A stretch of DNA of 64,000 nucleotides. Source: an uncultured Pseudomonadota bacterium. GTDB lineage: Bacteria; Myxococcota_A; Polyangia; Fen-1088. Positions 10,889 through 21,056 of this stretch are shown one piece after another. Under the pieces are notes generated by a model. That model saw only the letters and a program-made list of their open reading frames with translations, was not told the origin of the DNA and made no database searches. The position numbers were made by a program, and so were the translations under genes. Each line of letters opens with the position of its first letter. Positions within the stretch are counted from its first letter, which is position 1. The DNA lies in the NCBI GenBank assembly GCA_963847705.1, contig CAWKBC010000047.1, forward strand, positions 96,001-160,000, in the 5' to 3' direction.

Positions 10889-12037
10889 CTACAAGAGATC
10901 GTGGCGGCCGGCCTGCTTGGCCGCCTCCACGATCTTTCGGACGTCCTGGGCCTTGTCCTTGGGGACCACCAGCAGCGCGTCGCGGGTGGCGATCACCACC
11001 AGGTCGTGCACGCCCACGACGCCGACGAAAGGGGCGCCCTCCTCGGCGACCACGATGCAGCCGTCGCCGTCGATCAGCGTGGCGCCGCCGAGCACGACAT
11101 TGCCGCGCGCGTCGACCGGGCGCACCGCGGGCAGCGCGGCCCAGCTCCCCACGTCGTTCCAGCCGAAGGCGCCCGGCACCACGCGCAGCCCGCTGGCCTT
11201 CTCCATGATGCCGTTGTCGATGGAGATCGACGGCACGCCGCCATAGCCGGCCGCGATCAGCCCGGCCGCAGCCTTCGCATCCTTGGCCGCCACGGCGGCG
11301 TCCAGCAGGGCCGCCAGCGCGGGCAGGTGCCGGCGGGTCTCCTCGAACATCCGGCCGGCGGTCAGGAAGAACATCCCCGAGTTCCAGAGGTGCTCGCCCG
11401 AGGCGAGGTAGCGCTCCGCCGTCGGCAGATCGGGCTTCTCGACGAACCCGGCGACGTCGTGGACGGGATCGGCACCGGCGCGCTCCAGCTTCGCGCCCGT
11501 GCGGATGTAGCCGAAGCCGGTCTCGGCGTGCGTGGGGCGAACGCCGATGGTGGTGATCGTGTCGCGCGCCTCCCTGAGCGCGACGCGCACCAGCCGATCG
11601 AAGGCCGGCTCATCACCGATGAACGGATCGGCCGGGAAGACGGCGATCACCGCCTCTGGCCCGGCGCGCCGCGCAGCTTCCACGGCGCCGAGACCGACCG
11701 CGGGCGCCGTGTTGCGCGCGACCGGCTCGGCGATGATGTTCTCGGGCGGAAGATCCGGGATCGCGGAGCGCACCGCCGCCTCCTGATCGGCCGCGGTGAC
11801 GATCAGGGTCCGCTCGAGCCCGACCAGCGCGTGCGCCCGCCGAACCGCGGCGGCCAGCAACGACTCGGGGCCGCCCAGCGCCAGCAGCTGTTTGGGACGC
11901 GCGCGCCGGCTGGAGGGCCAGAGGCGCGTTCCCGATCCGCCACCCAGGATGACGGCGAAGGCCACCGCGGACGCCGGGGACGATGTCAACGCGGCGTCCG
12001 ACGTTGGCGACGTCTTCGACGGAGGTTCCTTGGTCAT
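10889..12037 (-). CDS. manC: Mannose-1-phosphate guanylyltransferase
   Basis: GGSGTRLWPSSR..PKQ, EP.ARNTA, FVEKP, WNSGMF, WNDVGSW. Confidence 0.92.
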   Translation of the reverse strand: MTKEPPSKTSPTSDAALTSSPASAVAFAVILGGGSGTRLWPSSRRARPKQLLALGGPESLLAAAVRRAHALVGLERTLIVTAADQEAAVRSAIPDLPPENIIAEPVARNTAPAVGLGAVEAARRAGPEAVIAVFPADPFIGDEPAFDRLVRVALREARDTITTIGVRPTHAETGFGYIRTGAKLERAGADPVHDVAGFVEKPDLPTAERYLASGEHLWNSGMFFLTAGRMFEETRRHLPALAALLDAAVAAKDAKAAAGLIAAGYGGVPSISIDNGIMEKASGLRVVPGAFGWNDVGSWAALPAVRPVDARGNVVLGGATLIDGDGCIVVAEEGAPFVGVVGVHDLVVIATRDALLVVPKDKAQDVRKIVEAAKQAGRHDLL

Positions 12038-12093
12038 GGGTGGCGCACTTTAACAGACGGCGGCGGTCGGTACCTCCGTGATACGCTGGTCCG

Positions 12094-15000
12094 GTGCGGG
12101 CGGGCGAGGAAACGCTGAGGCACTCCATCGCGGCGGCCACCGACCCGCGGACGCGGGCCCGACTGCGTGTCGATCTGGCCGAGCTCTTGCGAGCGAGAGA
12201 CGCGGCGGCAGCACGCGCCGAGCTCGATCACGCCCTGCGCGAAGGGGGCCCGAGCGGGGCGCTCACCGCCGCGGCGCTCAGCTTCGCGCGCGCGCTCCCG
12301 CCGACCGAGCGGCTGGCCTGGCTGGCAGGCCTGGCCAAAGGAGATGGCAAGGCCGACGGCAAGACGGACGGCAAGACCGAGGGCAAGGCCGAGGGCAAGA
12401 CGGACAACCAGACGGCTGGCAAGGCGGACGGCAGGACGCCCTCGCCGGTCCTGATCTCTGCGCTCGCCGAAGCGCAACTCGGCGCTGATCTCCCCCGAGA
12501 CGCCGCGCTCACCTGGCTGGGGCTGGCGCGCGACGAGCGCGTGGCGCTGCACCACCGGCGCGCGGCCGCGCGCAAGGCGGCGCAGCTCAGCGACCGGCTG
12601 GCGCCGCCCGAGGCGCGCGCCGCCGAGGCCGTGTCGGCGGAGCTCTCGGTGGCGAAGGCGCGGCGCGGTCCCCGCTCGTCGCCGCGTGAGGTTCCCGACG
12701 GATCGGGCGAGACGAAGAGCGGCGTGGTGGCCTCCAAGCCTGCGGCGCCCGCCAGGCCGAATGGGTGGTCCCCCCGCGCCAAGCGTGCGCGCCCCGCCCC
12801 GACGCCACTTTGGGACCGGGCGATGGCCGATGCGCGGGCGGGTCAGGCCAGCCGGTCGCGGCGCCTCGGCGAGGAGGCGTTGCGCGCTGCCGGTCCGGGA
12901 CCGGAGCTCAACGCGCGGGTCGCCGCCCTCGACACCGCGTTGCGAGAAGGGGGATTCGTCAAGGAGGCGCTCCGCCTGCGCCGGACGCACCTCGAGGCGC
13001 TCGACGGACTGAAGGCTCGCCCGGCGCTGCTGGCGCTGGCGAAGGAGGCGGAGGCGGCCGGCCTCGGCGCCCTGGCGACCGAGTGGCGCGCTGACGCCGG
13101 CGTGGTTCCTGTGGTGGTGGCCGCGGTTCCTGCGGACGCCGCCTCCCCGGAGGCGCACTACCTGGCGGCGCAGCGCCGCCTGGCGCGCGACGGCAAAGGT
13201 GAGGGGAAGGCCGACGTCCCGGCCGTGCTCGCGCACCTCGAAAAGGCGCTGGCCGGGCATCCCGGAGCGGACGCGGCGCTGGCGCTCGCCGAGACGCTGG
13301 CGGCGCGGGTGGCCGGCAGCGAGGCCGATCTCGGGAACCGCCGGCTCGACCTCTTGCGGGCGGCGCACGCCGCGGAGCTCGCACCGGCGCGGCGCGGGCG
13401 CCTCGGCCGTCGCCTGGCGGAGACGCTCGAGGCGCGCGGCGACGCCCTGGGCGCGGTGGCGGTGCTGGAAAGCGCGCTGGCCGAAGCGACCTCGGGTGCC
13501 TGGATGGAGCCGGGTGCGATCCGGCGCAGCTCGTCGCCGGGGTCCTCGCGTCTCGATGATGGAGAGCGCGTGCGCGCCGAACGGGTCCGGCTGCTGCGCT
13601 CGCTCGGCCGCAGCCGCGAGCTGTCGGCGGCGCTGGAGAAGGACGCCGGCGCGTTGCAGGGGGAGGCGCGGTTGGCCGTGCTGGCCGAGCACGCCACGCT
13701 GCTCGAGGGGGCGGGCGAAGCCGAGAAGGCGCTCGACGTTCGTCTGATGGCGCTGGCGGAGTTTCCCGGTGCGCCGACGGTGCTCGACGATGCGCGCCGG
13801 CGGCTGGACGCGACCGGGCGCGCGGGGGAATCGCTGGCGCTGGCGATCGCGGCGCTCGATCACACCACCGAGACGACCGATCTTGCGCGCCGGCGTCAGC
13901 TGCTGCGCGACGTGGCCAGCCTGACCGAGAAGGCCGCCGGCGTCGATCGGACGGGCGCCGCCGAGGCCTGGCTGGCGGTGCTGGAGGTCGATCCGTCCGA
14001 CGCGCAAGCGGCGGCTGCCGCCGAGAGGTTTCTGGTGGCGACCGGTGATTGGGAGCGTTGCGCCGAGCTGCTCGCCTGGTTGGCGGCGCGCGCCCCCACG
14101 TTGCCGCTGGAGGCGCCGGAGAGCGGTGCCTCCAGCCGGACCGCTCTCCTCTGGCGGCTGGCGGAGCTGCGGCGTGCGCGCCTCGGGCAGATTGACGAGG
14201 CGCTTCGGCTCTACGTCGAGCTGGCGGCCGCATCGAAGTCGACGCTGCCTCCGCTGGCAGATCCGCCAGCGCTGGCGGCGTTCGTGCGGCGCGAGCCGCT
14301 TCTGGCCGTCGAGACGGCGCGGGCGGCGGTGGCGCCGACGGCGGCCGAGCGCTCGCGCGCGCTGCTCGATCGCGCGCGCGCCTTCGCGGAGCGCGGCCGG
14401 CGGGAGGACGCCGAGCGCGACGCGCTGGCGGCGATCGACTTCGATCCGCACAACATGGAGGCGCTGGCGGCGCTGGAGAAGTTCTTCGAGGAGCCGCCGC
14501 GCGCGCGTCTGCTGGTCGACGAGCTGGGGCGGCGAGCCGCCAAGCTCGAGCCATCGGCGGCGGCGCCCCTCTTTTTCGGCCGGGGCCGAGCCGCGGCGCG
14601 GGCGGGGGACAACGGCACCGCGCGCGAGGCCTACCGGCGTGCGATGTCGCTCGATCCGACGCTGGCGGAGCCGATCGCGGCGCTCGGCGCGCTGGCCTCG
14701 AAGGAGGGCGACTGGTCCGAGGTCGCCAAGCTCCTCGAGAGTGAGGTGGGGCTGACCACGTCATCGGCGCGCAAGGGCGCCCTCTTGCTGGAGCTGGCGG
14801 TGGTGCAGGGCGATCGGCTGGCTGCGCCGGCCCGCGCGGTCGCGCTGCTGGACGAGGCCGCCCGACACCTGCGCGACGAGCCACGGGTGCTGGATCTGCG
14901 GGGCCGATTCAACCTCGCCGCCGGAAACTGGCAGGCGGCGGCGGAGGCGCTCGATCAGCTGGCCGCCCGCAGCGCCGCGATCCCCGACGCGGCCGAGCGT

Positions 15001-15729
15001 TACTTCGCCGTCGGCGCCGCGGCCGAAGCGGCCGGCGAGGTCGATCGCGCGCTGACCCTCTACTCGCGGTCCTATTCGCGCGACGGCGCCTACCGCCCGA
15101 CGTTGGAGCGGCTCTCGGCGATCTGTTTTCAGCGCGGGCAGTGGGACAACGCCTGGAAGGCGACCGAGGCGCTCCTCGATCGGCACGGCGCCTCGATCGA
15201 ACCGGCGCAGCGCGCGACGTTGCTGGTCCGCTCGGCGCTGGCCGATCTGCATGTGGGGCAACGGGTCTCCGCGGTGGCCAAGCTGGGCGAGATCGTGACC
15301 CGGGGACCGTCCTACGCGCCGGAGGCCGGCATCCGGGACGTCGCGGAGAGCTGGGCGGGGATGCACCTCGAGCCGCGGCTGCTGGTCACGCTGGAGGCAC
15401 GGCGCCACGAGCGGATTCTTCGCCGTGCGCGGGAGGCCTTCGCGCTCACCGACGGCGGTGCGGACGCCGCGCGCCGTCAGGCGCTGGAGATTCTCGGCGC
15501 GCTGGCGATGGTGGACGGTCGCTGGGAGGAGGCGTTCAGCGCCCTCGAGGCGCTGGGGGCGGACGCGACGTTCGAGCCGCAACGACGCGCGGAGTTTCTC
15601 GTCGCGGCCGGGGACGTCATGTTGCGTCATTATGGCGATCGTGACGTGGCGGAGCCTTTCTACGAGCGTGCCAGGGCGCTCTGGCCGGGCCACGCACGTT
15701 TCGGGAATCCCCCGGAACATGTTTCCTAA
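12094..15729 (+). CDS. Large TPR-like helical-repeat protein
   Basis: 1211 aa Ala/Leu/Arg/Glu-rich with TPR-like units (AREAYRRAMSLDP, LEVDPSDAQA). Start codon uncertain. Confidence 0.75.
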   Translation: MRAGEETLRHSIAAATDPRTRARLRVDLAELLRARDAAAARAELDHALREGGPSGALTAAALSFARALPPTERLAWLAGLAKGDGKADGKTDGKTEGKAEGKTDNQTAGKADGRTPSPVLISALAEAQLGADLPRDAALTWLGLARDERVALHHRRAAARKAAQLSDRLAPPEARAAEAVSAELSVAKARRGPRSSPREVPDGSGETKSGVVASKPAAPARPNGWSPRAKRARPAPTPLWDRAMADARAGQASRSRRLGEEALRAAGPGPELNARVAALDTALREGGFVKEALRLRRTHLEALDGLKARPALLALAKEAEAAGLGALATEWRADAGVVPVVVAAVPADAASPEAHYLAAQRRLARDGKGEGKADVPAVLAHLEKALAGHPGADAALALAETLAARVAGSEADLGNRRLDLLRAAHAAELAPARRGRLGRRLAETLEARGDALGAVAVLESALAEATSGAWMEPGAIRRSSSPGSSRLDDGERVRAERVRLLRSLGRSRELSAALEKDAGALQGEARLAVLAEHATLLEGAGEAEKALDVRLMALAEFPGAPTVLDDARRRLDATGRAGESLALAIAALDHTTETTDLARRRQLLRDVASLTEKAAGVDRTGAAEAWLAVLEVDPSDAQAAAAAERFLVATGDWERCAELLAWLAARAPTLPLEAPESGASSRTALLWRLAELRRARLGQIDEALRLYVELAAASKSTLPPLADPPALAAFVRREPLLAVETARAAVAPTAAERSRALLDRARAFAERGRREDAERDALAAIDFDPHNMEALAALEKFFEEPPRARLLVDELGRRAAKLEPSAAAPLFFGRGRAAARAGDNGTAREAYRRAMSLDPTLAEPIAALGALASKEGDWSEVAKLLESEVGLTTSSARKGALLLELAVVQGDRLAAPARAVALLDEAARHLRDEPRVLDLRGRFNLAAGNWQAAAEALDQLAARSAAIPDAAERYFAVGAAAEAAGEVDRALTLYSRSYSRDGAYRPTLERLSAICFQRGQWDNAWKATEALLDRHGASIEPAQRATLLVRSALADLHVGQRVSAVAKLGEIVTRGPSYAPEAGIRDVAESWAGMHLEPRLLVTLEARRHERILRRAREAFALTDGGADAARRQALEILGALAMVDGRWEEAFSALEALGADATFEPQRRAEFLVAAGDVMLRHYGDRDVAEPFYERARALWPGHARFGNPPEHVS

Positions 15730-15829
15730 CACCCACTTGGTCGATTGAAACGGTTGTGCTACAAAGCGACGTCGGGTCGGCAACTTTACGTTTTCATCGA
15801 AAAAAGTCCCCCAGAAAGGACCGTTCGCA

Positions 15830-16282
15830 ATGCTCAAGAAAGTACGAAATCTCTTAGTGGTCGCGCTGCTCTCTGGAGGTCTAGCGTTGCTGACCACCAG
15901 CGGTTGCAGCAGCGACAGCACCGGTGCTGGTGGCGCAGGCGGCGGTGGCGCTGGCGGCAAAGCGGCGACTGGCGGCACGGCAGGCGGCGCGGCTGGCGCG
16001 GCTGGCGGTGCAGCAGGCGGCGCGGCTGGCGCAGCAGGCGGCGCGGCTGGCGGTGCGACAGGCGGCCATGCTGGCGCGGCCGGTGGTGCAGCAGGCGGCG
16101 CGGCTGGTGCGGCTGGCGGTGCAGCAGGCGGCACGGCTGGTGCAGCCGGTGGCGCAGCAGGCGGCGCGGCTGGTGCGGCTGGCGGTGCAGCAGGCGGCGC
16201 GGCTGGTGCAGCCGGTGGCGCAGCAGGCGGCGCGGCTGGCGGTGCAGCAGGCGGCACGGCTGGCGCGGCTGGCAGCTCGTAG
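15830..16282 (+). CDS. Small Gly/Ala-repeat lipoprotein
   Basis: AAGGA RBS upstream, signal peptide with lipobox TSG-C, body of GGAAGAA-type repeats, hairpin downstream. Confidence 0.75.
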   Translation: MLKKVRNLLVVALLSGGLALLTTSGCSSDSTGAGGAGGGGAGGKAATGGTAGGAAGAAGGAAGGAAGAAGGAAGGATGGHAGAAGGAAGGAAGAAGGAAGGTAGAAGGAAGGAAGAAGGAAGGAAGAAGGAAGGAAGGAAGGTAGAAGSS

Positions 16283-16307
16283 TTCCAGCGCTCTACAATC
16301 GCATCAA

Positions 16308-16343
16308 ACAACGCCCGCTTCGGATCTCCGAAGCGGGCGTTGT
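16308..16343. terminator. Bidirectional hairpin between convergent genes
   Basis: ACAACGCCCGCTTCGGA-TC-TCCGAAGCGGGCGTTGT perfect inverted repeat. Confidence 0.8.
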
Positions 16344-17173
16344 CATTTCCGGCCGCTGACAGCGGCGCCGACGATCGTCACCGCGAAGACGCGGTCCTTG
16401 AAGTAGGTGTCGATCGCCTCCTTGGTGAAGAAGAAGACGTCCTGCATCTGGTCGCCACGGCCGGAGAGTCGCTTCCACTGCGCCAGCGGTCCGAGCTCGA
16501 TGAGCGGCGCGAAGAAGAACTCCCGTGCGCTCCGAAACAGGATCTCCCAGCGCGCCGTGGTGACCTCGATCTTCTTGAGCCCCGCCTCCGCCAGCCAGCG
16601 GGCCAGGATCTCGCCGTCGGGGAGCGCCGCGACGTAACGATCGACCGCCCCCAGGCTCTCCAGTTTCCCGTTCTCGCGCAGGACGTCCCGGAACAGATCG
16701 AGGAACTCGGACCAGGTGCCGCGCAGCGGGGCCGAAAGCGCGAGCTGCCCCCCCGGCGCCAGAAGCCGCGCCGCCTCCTTCACCGCGGCGCGCGGGTCGG
16801 CGGCGCCCGCGACGGCCAGGTTGGAGACGACCAGGTCGGCCGAGCGATCCGGAAGCGGGATCGACGCGGGCAGCTCTGGGTGGGCGGCCAACGCGATCTG
16901 GACGTGGGGCGCGGCTTCGGCCTCGATCCGCGCGCGGGCCTCGGCGATGAAGGCCGGCGAGGTGTCGAGCGCCGTCACCTGGCCGTCGGGGACGAACCGC
17001 CGCGCCAGCTCCAAGGTGAGGGCGCCTGTTGCGCAGCCGATCTCGATCACCCGCGCGTTCGGACGCCGGTCGATGGCGCGGGCGAGCAACGTCGCGAACC
17101 GCGCCGCGTAGGCGGGGAGAATCTCGCTGTCGTAGAGCCTGGCGAGCCGGACTTCTTTCTCGGCCGGCGTCAC
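16343..17173 (-). CDS. Class I SAM-dependent methyltransferase
   Basis: VIEIGCATG motif I, ALDTS, ADLVVSNL, RLLAPGG. Confidence 0.85.
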   Translation of the reverse strand: MTPAEKEVRLARLYDSEILPAYAARFATLLARAIDRRPNARVIEIGCATGALTLELARRFVPDGQVTALDTSPAFIAEARARIEAEAAPHVQIALAAHPELPASIPLPDRSADLVVSNLAVAGAADPRAAVKEAARLLAPGGQLALSAPLRGTWSEFLDLFRDVLRENGKLESLGAVDRYVAALPDGEILARWLAEAGLKKIEVTTARWEILFRSAREFFFAPLIELGPLAQWKRLSGRGDQMQDVFFFTKEAIDTYFKDRVFAVTIVGAAVSGRK

Positions 17174-17442
17174 CGCAGGGCGCTCCTGGAAGCCTGCTTT
17201 GGCGGCAGATCGACTCTCACGGCGTCGCCGCCAGGTTCATGACCTCCGACGCTAGCATGGGAAGCGGGCCCGTCGATCCCGCCCGCCAGCGTGCGCTCCG
17301 GCCGCGGCGAGCCTCGGGCTGACCAGCGCGAGCAGCAGCGGCAAACCTCCGCGCCGCAGAAGCTCGCGCAAGATTCCCATCGATAGAACCTTCTCGGCCG
17401 ACCGAGCGGCCGACCGAGCGGCCGACCGAACGGTCGTCGGCG

Positions 17443-18714
17443 TCACGGGCGGGTTCGGATCGTGACCGAGCGGCCGTGGGCGTCGAGACCCTCGACGGCG
17501 GTGAGCGCCGTGATGTGGTCGGTCTGCGCCTCCAGGGCGGCGGCGTCGTATTCGATGATCGAGGTGCGCTTGACGAAGTCGGCCACGCAGAGCGGTCCGG
17601 AGAAGCGCGCGCTGCCGCCGGTCGGGAGGACGTGGCTCGGGCCGGCGATGTAGTCGCCCACCGGCTCCGGCGTGTGCGCCCCGAGAAAGAGCGCCCCGGC
17701 CGTGGTCACCAGCGCGGCCAGGGCGCGCGGATTGCGCACCGCCAGCTCGGCGTGCTCCGGGGCCAACCTGTTGATGGCGTCGGCCATCCGACGTTCGCTG
17801 CCGACGACGAAGATCGCGCCCTGATCGCGCAGCGCCTTCTCGGCGATCTCGCGCCGGGGGAGCAACGCCACCTGGCGCTCCACCTCGTCGGCCACCTTGC
17901 GCGCGAAGTCGGCGCCGATGGCGATGAGGACGGGAACGGCCAGCGTGTCGTGCTCGGCCTGGGCCAGCAGATCGGCGGCGATCCAGGCGGGATCGACGCT
18001 GTCGTCGGCGCCGATGACCAGCTCGGTGGGGCCGGCGATCGAATCGATGCCGACGTCCCCGAACACCAGGCGCTTGGCGGCGGCGACATAGGCATTTCCC
18101 GGGCCGACGATCTTGTCGACCCGCGGGACGCTCTCGGTGCCGTAGGCCAGGGCGGCGATCGCCTGCGCGCCGCCGATGACGAACACGCGCGCCACTCCGG
18201 CCAGCCGCGCCGCCAGCAGCGTCTCGGGCGAGGGGCCAGGCGTGACCATCACGATCTCGCGCACCCCGGCGACCTGGGCCGGGATGGCCGTCATGATGAC
18301 CGTCGACGGATAGCGGGCCGTGCCGCCTGGGACGTAGATCCCGACGCGCTCCAGCGGATCGACGCGGCTGCCGGTGCGGATGGGGCCCTCGTTGATCTCG
18401 TACGAGGGGTGCCGCTCGCGCTCGTAAAAGGCGCGCACGCGGCGGGCGGCGTGCTCCAGCGCGGCGCGAACCTGTGACGTGGCGCGCGCCGCGGTGTCGT
18501 CCCACTCGGAGGGAGAGAGCTCGAGCGCGCCGAGCTCGCGCTTTTCGAACCGCGCGGTCAGCTCGCGCACGGCGCGATCGCCGCCGGCGCGCACCTGGGC
18601 GATCACCTGGCGCGCGGCCGCGTCGATCTCGTCCGAAACCGAGGCCTGCCGGTGGCAGAGCGCCTCGAACCGGGAGACGTAGTCGGCGTCGTTGTTCTCG
18701 AAGATCTTCAGCAT
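17443..18714 (-). CDS. hisD: Histidinol dehydrogenase
   Basis: [50 protein letters not shown]. Confidence 0.95.
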   Translation of the reverse strand: MLKIFENNDADYVSRFEALCHRQASVSDEIDAAARQVIAQVRAGGDRAVRELTARFEKRELGALELSPSEWDDTAARATSQVRAALEHAARRVRAFYERERHPSYEINEGPIRTGSRVDPLERVGIYVPGGTARYPSTVIMTAIPAQVAGVREIVMVTPGPSPETLLAARLAGVARVFVIGGAQAIAALAYGTESVPRVDKIVGPGNAYVAAAKRLVFGDVGIDSIAGPTELVIGADDSVDPAWIAADLLAQAEHDTLAVPVLIAIGADFARKVADEVERQVALLPRREIAEKALRDQGAIFVVGSERRMADAINRLAPEHAELAVRNPRALAALVTTAGALFLGAHTPEPVGDYIAGPSHVLPTGGSARFSGPLCVADFVKRTSIIEYDAAALEAQTDHITALTAVEGLDAHGRSVTIRTRP

Positions 18715-18773
18715 GGAAGAGCGGGGCAGCATAGCAGCGGGCGCCGCGGCGGGCGAACGCCCGCGACGTCAGC

Positions 18774-19835
18774 CTATCGCAGCTCCGCCGCCCCGAAGGC
18801 CGCCGTCAGATTGCCCCCCAGGCGGTCGTCGCGCAGCGGCCGCGCCGGGGCCAGCAGAGGGATGAGTCGCCGATCGTGAAAGCGGGCGTAGTAGGGCTCG
18901 GCCCAGGCGAGGTCCGGCCCGCGCGCCGGCCGGACCTGCTGAGCGACCCCCGCGGCGGCCGCGAAGGATGCCGGATCGCGCAAGCCGTCGATCACCCGAC
19001 TGGCCAGGCGCCCGAGCGCGCCATGGTCCTCGGCGTAGAGGTCGACGCCGTTGGCCTCGCCGAGCTCGGCCAGCATGATCAGCGGCGCCAGCGCGAACAG
19101 ATGATAGTGCAGCGCCATCGGTCCGCGCGCGAGCTCGAGGGGCATGAACCCGTCCGGGCGAATCTGGGCCATGCCGCCTCGCCCGTGCGCGAGCCCCCAG
19201 TCGTAGAGCGCGCGATCGCGCCCGGCGGCGCCGGCGGCGGCGACCGCCAGCGCTGCCCAGTCGGCGTGGTTGTTGGCGTCCGACATCCGCCCCGGGCGGC
19301 CGTCGCCTGGCTTCACGGCCTCGGCCACCTTCACCAGCCAGGCGTCGACGGCGGCCCGCGCCGCCGGCTCGACGTCGGGCGCATCGCGGACCTTGAGATA
19401 AGCGAGCGCCACGCCGGCCAGGGTCCAGACGCGCTCGTAGCTCCCCTGTTGATTCACCTTGCCGAGCAGCGCCCCGGCCCGCGCCCAGGTGGCCAGCGCG
19501 TCGACCGCCCGGCTCGCGTACACCGGGTCGGCCGGCCGGCTCTCCATCCATCCGTCGGCGAGGTCGATCACCTGGGCGACGTACGCGCGCAGCGGGGCAA
19601 AGGCGGCTTCGTTCTGCCGCTTGCGCGTCGGATCGGCGCTCGAGCGGGACGTGTCGAGGTAGTACGACACCCCGGTGAGGTCGCGGATCGGCGGCCCGAG
19701 CGGCGCCGGCGGCGCCGGCGGCAGCGGACGTCCAATGACCGCCCGCCGCGCGGCCACGTCGACCGGCCCGCGCAGCGCCGGCCCCGGCGAGGAGACCGTG
19801 ACGAGCGCCACCAGCAGCACTGGCAGCCGTGCCAT
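18774..19835 (-). CDS. Secreted alginate lyase-family protein (PL5/AlgL-like)
   Basis: Signal peptide; NNHADWAAL catalytic motif; DG.MPLELARG..ALHYH.FAL.PL. Confidence 0.82.
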   Translation of the reverse strand: MARLPVLLVALVTVSSPGPALRGPVDVAARRAVIGRPLPPAPPAPLGPPIRDLTGVSYYLDTSRSSADPTRKRQNEAAFAPLRAYVAQVIDLADGWMESRPADPVYASRAVDALATWARAGALLGKVNQQGSYERVWTLAGVALAYLKVRDAPDVEPAARAAVDAWLVKVAEAVKPGDGRPGRMSDANNHADWAALAVAAAGAAGRDRALYDWGLAHGRGGMAQIRPDGFMPLELARGPMALHYHLFALAPLIMLAELGEANGVDLYAEDHGALGRLASRVIDGLRDPASFAAAAGVAQQVRPARGPDLAWAEPYYARFHDRRLIPLLAPARPLRDDRLGGNLTAAFGAAELR

Positions 19836-19865
19836 GCCTCAAGCTAGCGCGGAAGGCCCGGGCGA

Positions 19866-21035
19866 CTAAAGCCCGTACTTCTTCAGCTTCTCGTACAGCG
19901 TCGAGGGGGCGATGCCCAGCGTCCGCGCTGCCTGAACCTTGTTCCCGCGGGCGGCGATCAAGGTCTGCCGGATGGCCGCCCGTTCCAGCTGGCCGAGCGC
20001 GTGGCCGCCGAGCGGCAGGCGATCGAGCACCGCCTCGTCCGACGGCGGATCGATGAAACGGAGGTGGCGCGGCTCGAGGGCGCCCTGGCCCGGCTCGACG
20101 AAGGCCAGCGCGCAGGCGAGCACGTTCTTGAGCTCGCGGACGTTGCCCGGCCAGCTGTGAGCGCGCAGCGCGGCGAACGCCGTCTCGGTGATGTCGACAT
20201 CGCCGCGCCCGAGATCGTGCAGGAGGCGCGGGGCCAGGAGCGGAAGATCGTCGAGCCGCTCGCGCAGCGGCGGCAGCGTGACGACGGCTGCCGCCAGCCG
20301 GAAGTAGAGATCCTGACGAAACTGCCGCGCGGCGACCAGCGCGCCCAGGTCGCGGTTGGTGGCGGCGATGATCCGGACGTCGATCTTGCGATCCTTGGTG
20401 CCGCCGACCCGCCGTACGGAGCTGTTGTCGAGGACGCGCAGCAGGCGCGGCTGCAGCTCCAGCGGCAGCTCACCGATCTCGTCGAGGAACAGCGTTCCCC
20501 CTCCGGCGCGCTCGAACGCACCCGGGTGCTCGGCGTGGGCGCCGGTGAAGGCGCCGCGCTCATGCCCGAAGAGCTCGCTCTCGACCAGATTGGGCGGAAC
20601 GGCGCCGCAGTCGAAGACGACGAACGGCTCATCGGCGCGGGGACTGGTGTCGTGGATGAGGTGGGCAAACACGTCCTTGCCGGTCCCCGTCTCGCCGGTC
20701 AGCGTGACGGTCACGTCGGAGGGCGCCAGACGCGCCACCATGGTGTAGAGATCATGCATCGCGGCTGACGTTGCGAAGTTTTGGCCGAGGCTCCTGATCG
20801 AGGGCGCCGATGGGACCGCCGGCCCGGTCACGGGACGCAACGGTCGCAGCATGGCCCTCATAGCGGTGCTGGCGAGTTCCATGTCGTTTGCCGCTCCCGT
20901 TGAAAGGTGTTTCTCCGCAAGTGAATCAACTCCAGGGCTTATACCGGAGCCAGCGCGGGCTCGATGTGACGATTCGGGAGCTGTTCCGTTGCGAGACCGT
21001 TTCGTTTTCGGTCTCTGAAAACCGGTCGCCGACAT
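19866..21035 (-). CDS. Sigma-54 enhancer-binding protein (AAA+ + Fis HTH), no recognisable input domain
   Basis: GETGTGKD, ESELFGHERGAFTGA, LFLDEIGE, WPGNVREL, C-terminal HTH. Start may be at 20882 or later. Confidence 0.93.
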   Translation of the reverse strand: MSATGFQRPKTKRSRNGTAPESSHRARAGSGISPGVDSLAEKHLSTGAANDMELASTAMRAMLRPLRPVTGPAVPSAPSIRSLGQNFATSAAMHDLYTMVARLAPSDVTVTLTGETGTGKDVFAHLIHDTSPRADEPFVVFDCGAVPPNLVESELFGHERGAFTGAHAEHPGAFERAGGGTLFLDEIGELPLELQPRLLRVLDNSSVRRVGGTKDRKIDVRIIAATNRDLGALVAARQFRQDLYFRLAAAVVTLPPLRERLDDLPLLAPRLLHDLGRGDVDITETAFAALRAHSWPGNVRELKNVLACALAFVEPGQGALEPRHLRFIDPPSDEAVLDRLPLGGHALGQLERAAIRQTLIAARGNKVQAARTLGIAPSTLYEKLKKYGL

Positions 21036-21056
21036 TCGGAAATTGTTACAGGAGAG

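Noticed and set aside
12346-12440. GKADGKTDGKTEGKAE 12-nt tandem repeat
   Set aside because: Low-complexity in-frame linker with no evidence of further function.
12034-14884. Long antisense ORFs (805 and 641 aa) and similar shadows across the window
   Set aside because: Expected from stop-codon scarcity at high GC; they overlap better-supported genes.
17252-17445. Possible small ORF and short CGGCCGACCGAG tandem repeat downstream of hisD
   Set aside because: No recognisable motif or RBS; cannot be supported.
9409-19835. Alginate biosynthesis locus (algC, manC, alginate lyase)
   Set aside because: No GDP-mannose dehydrogenase, polymerase or export genes, and the genes are separated by unrelated ones.
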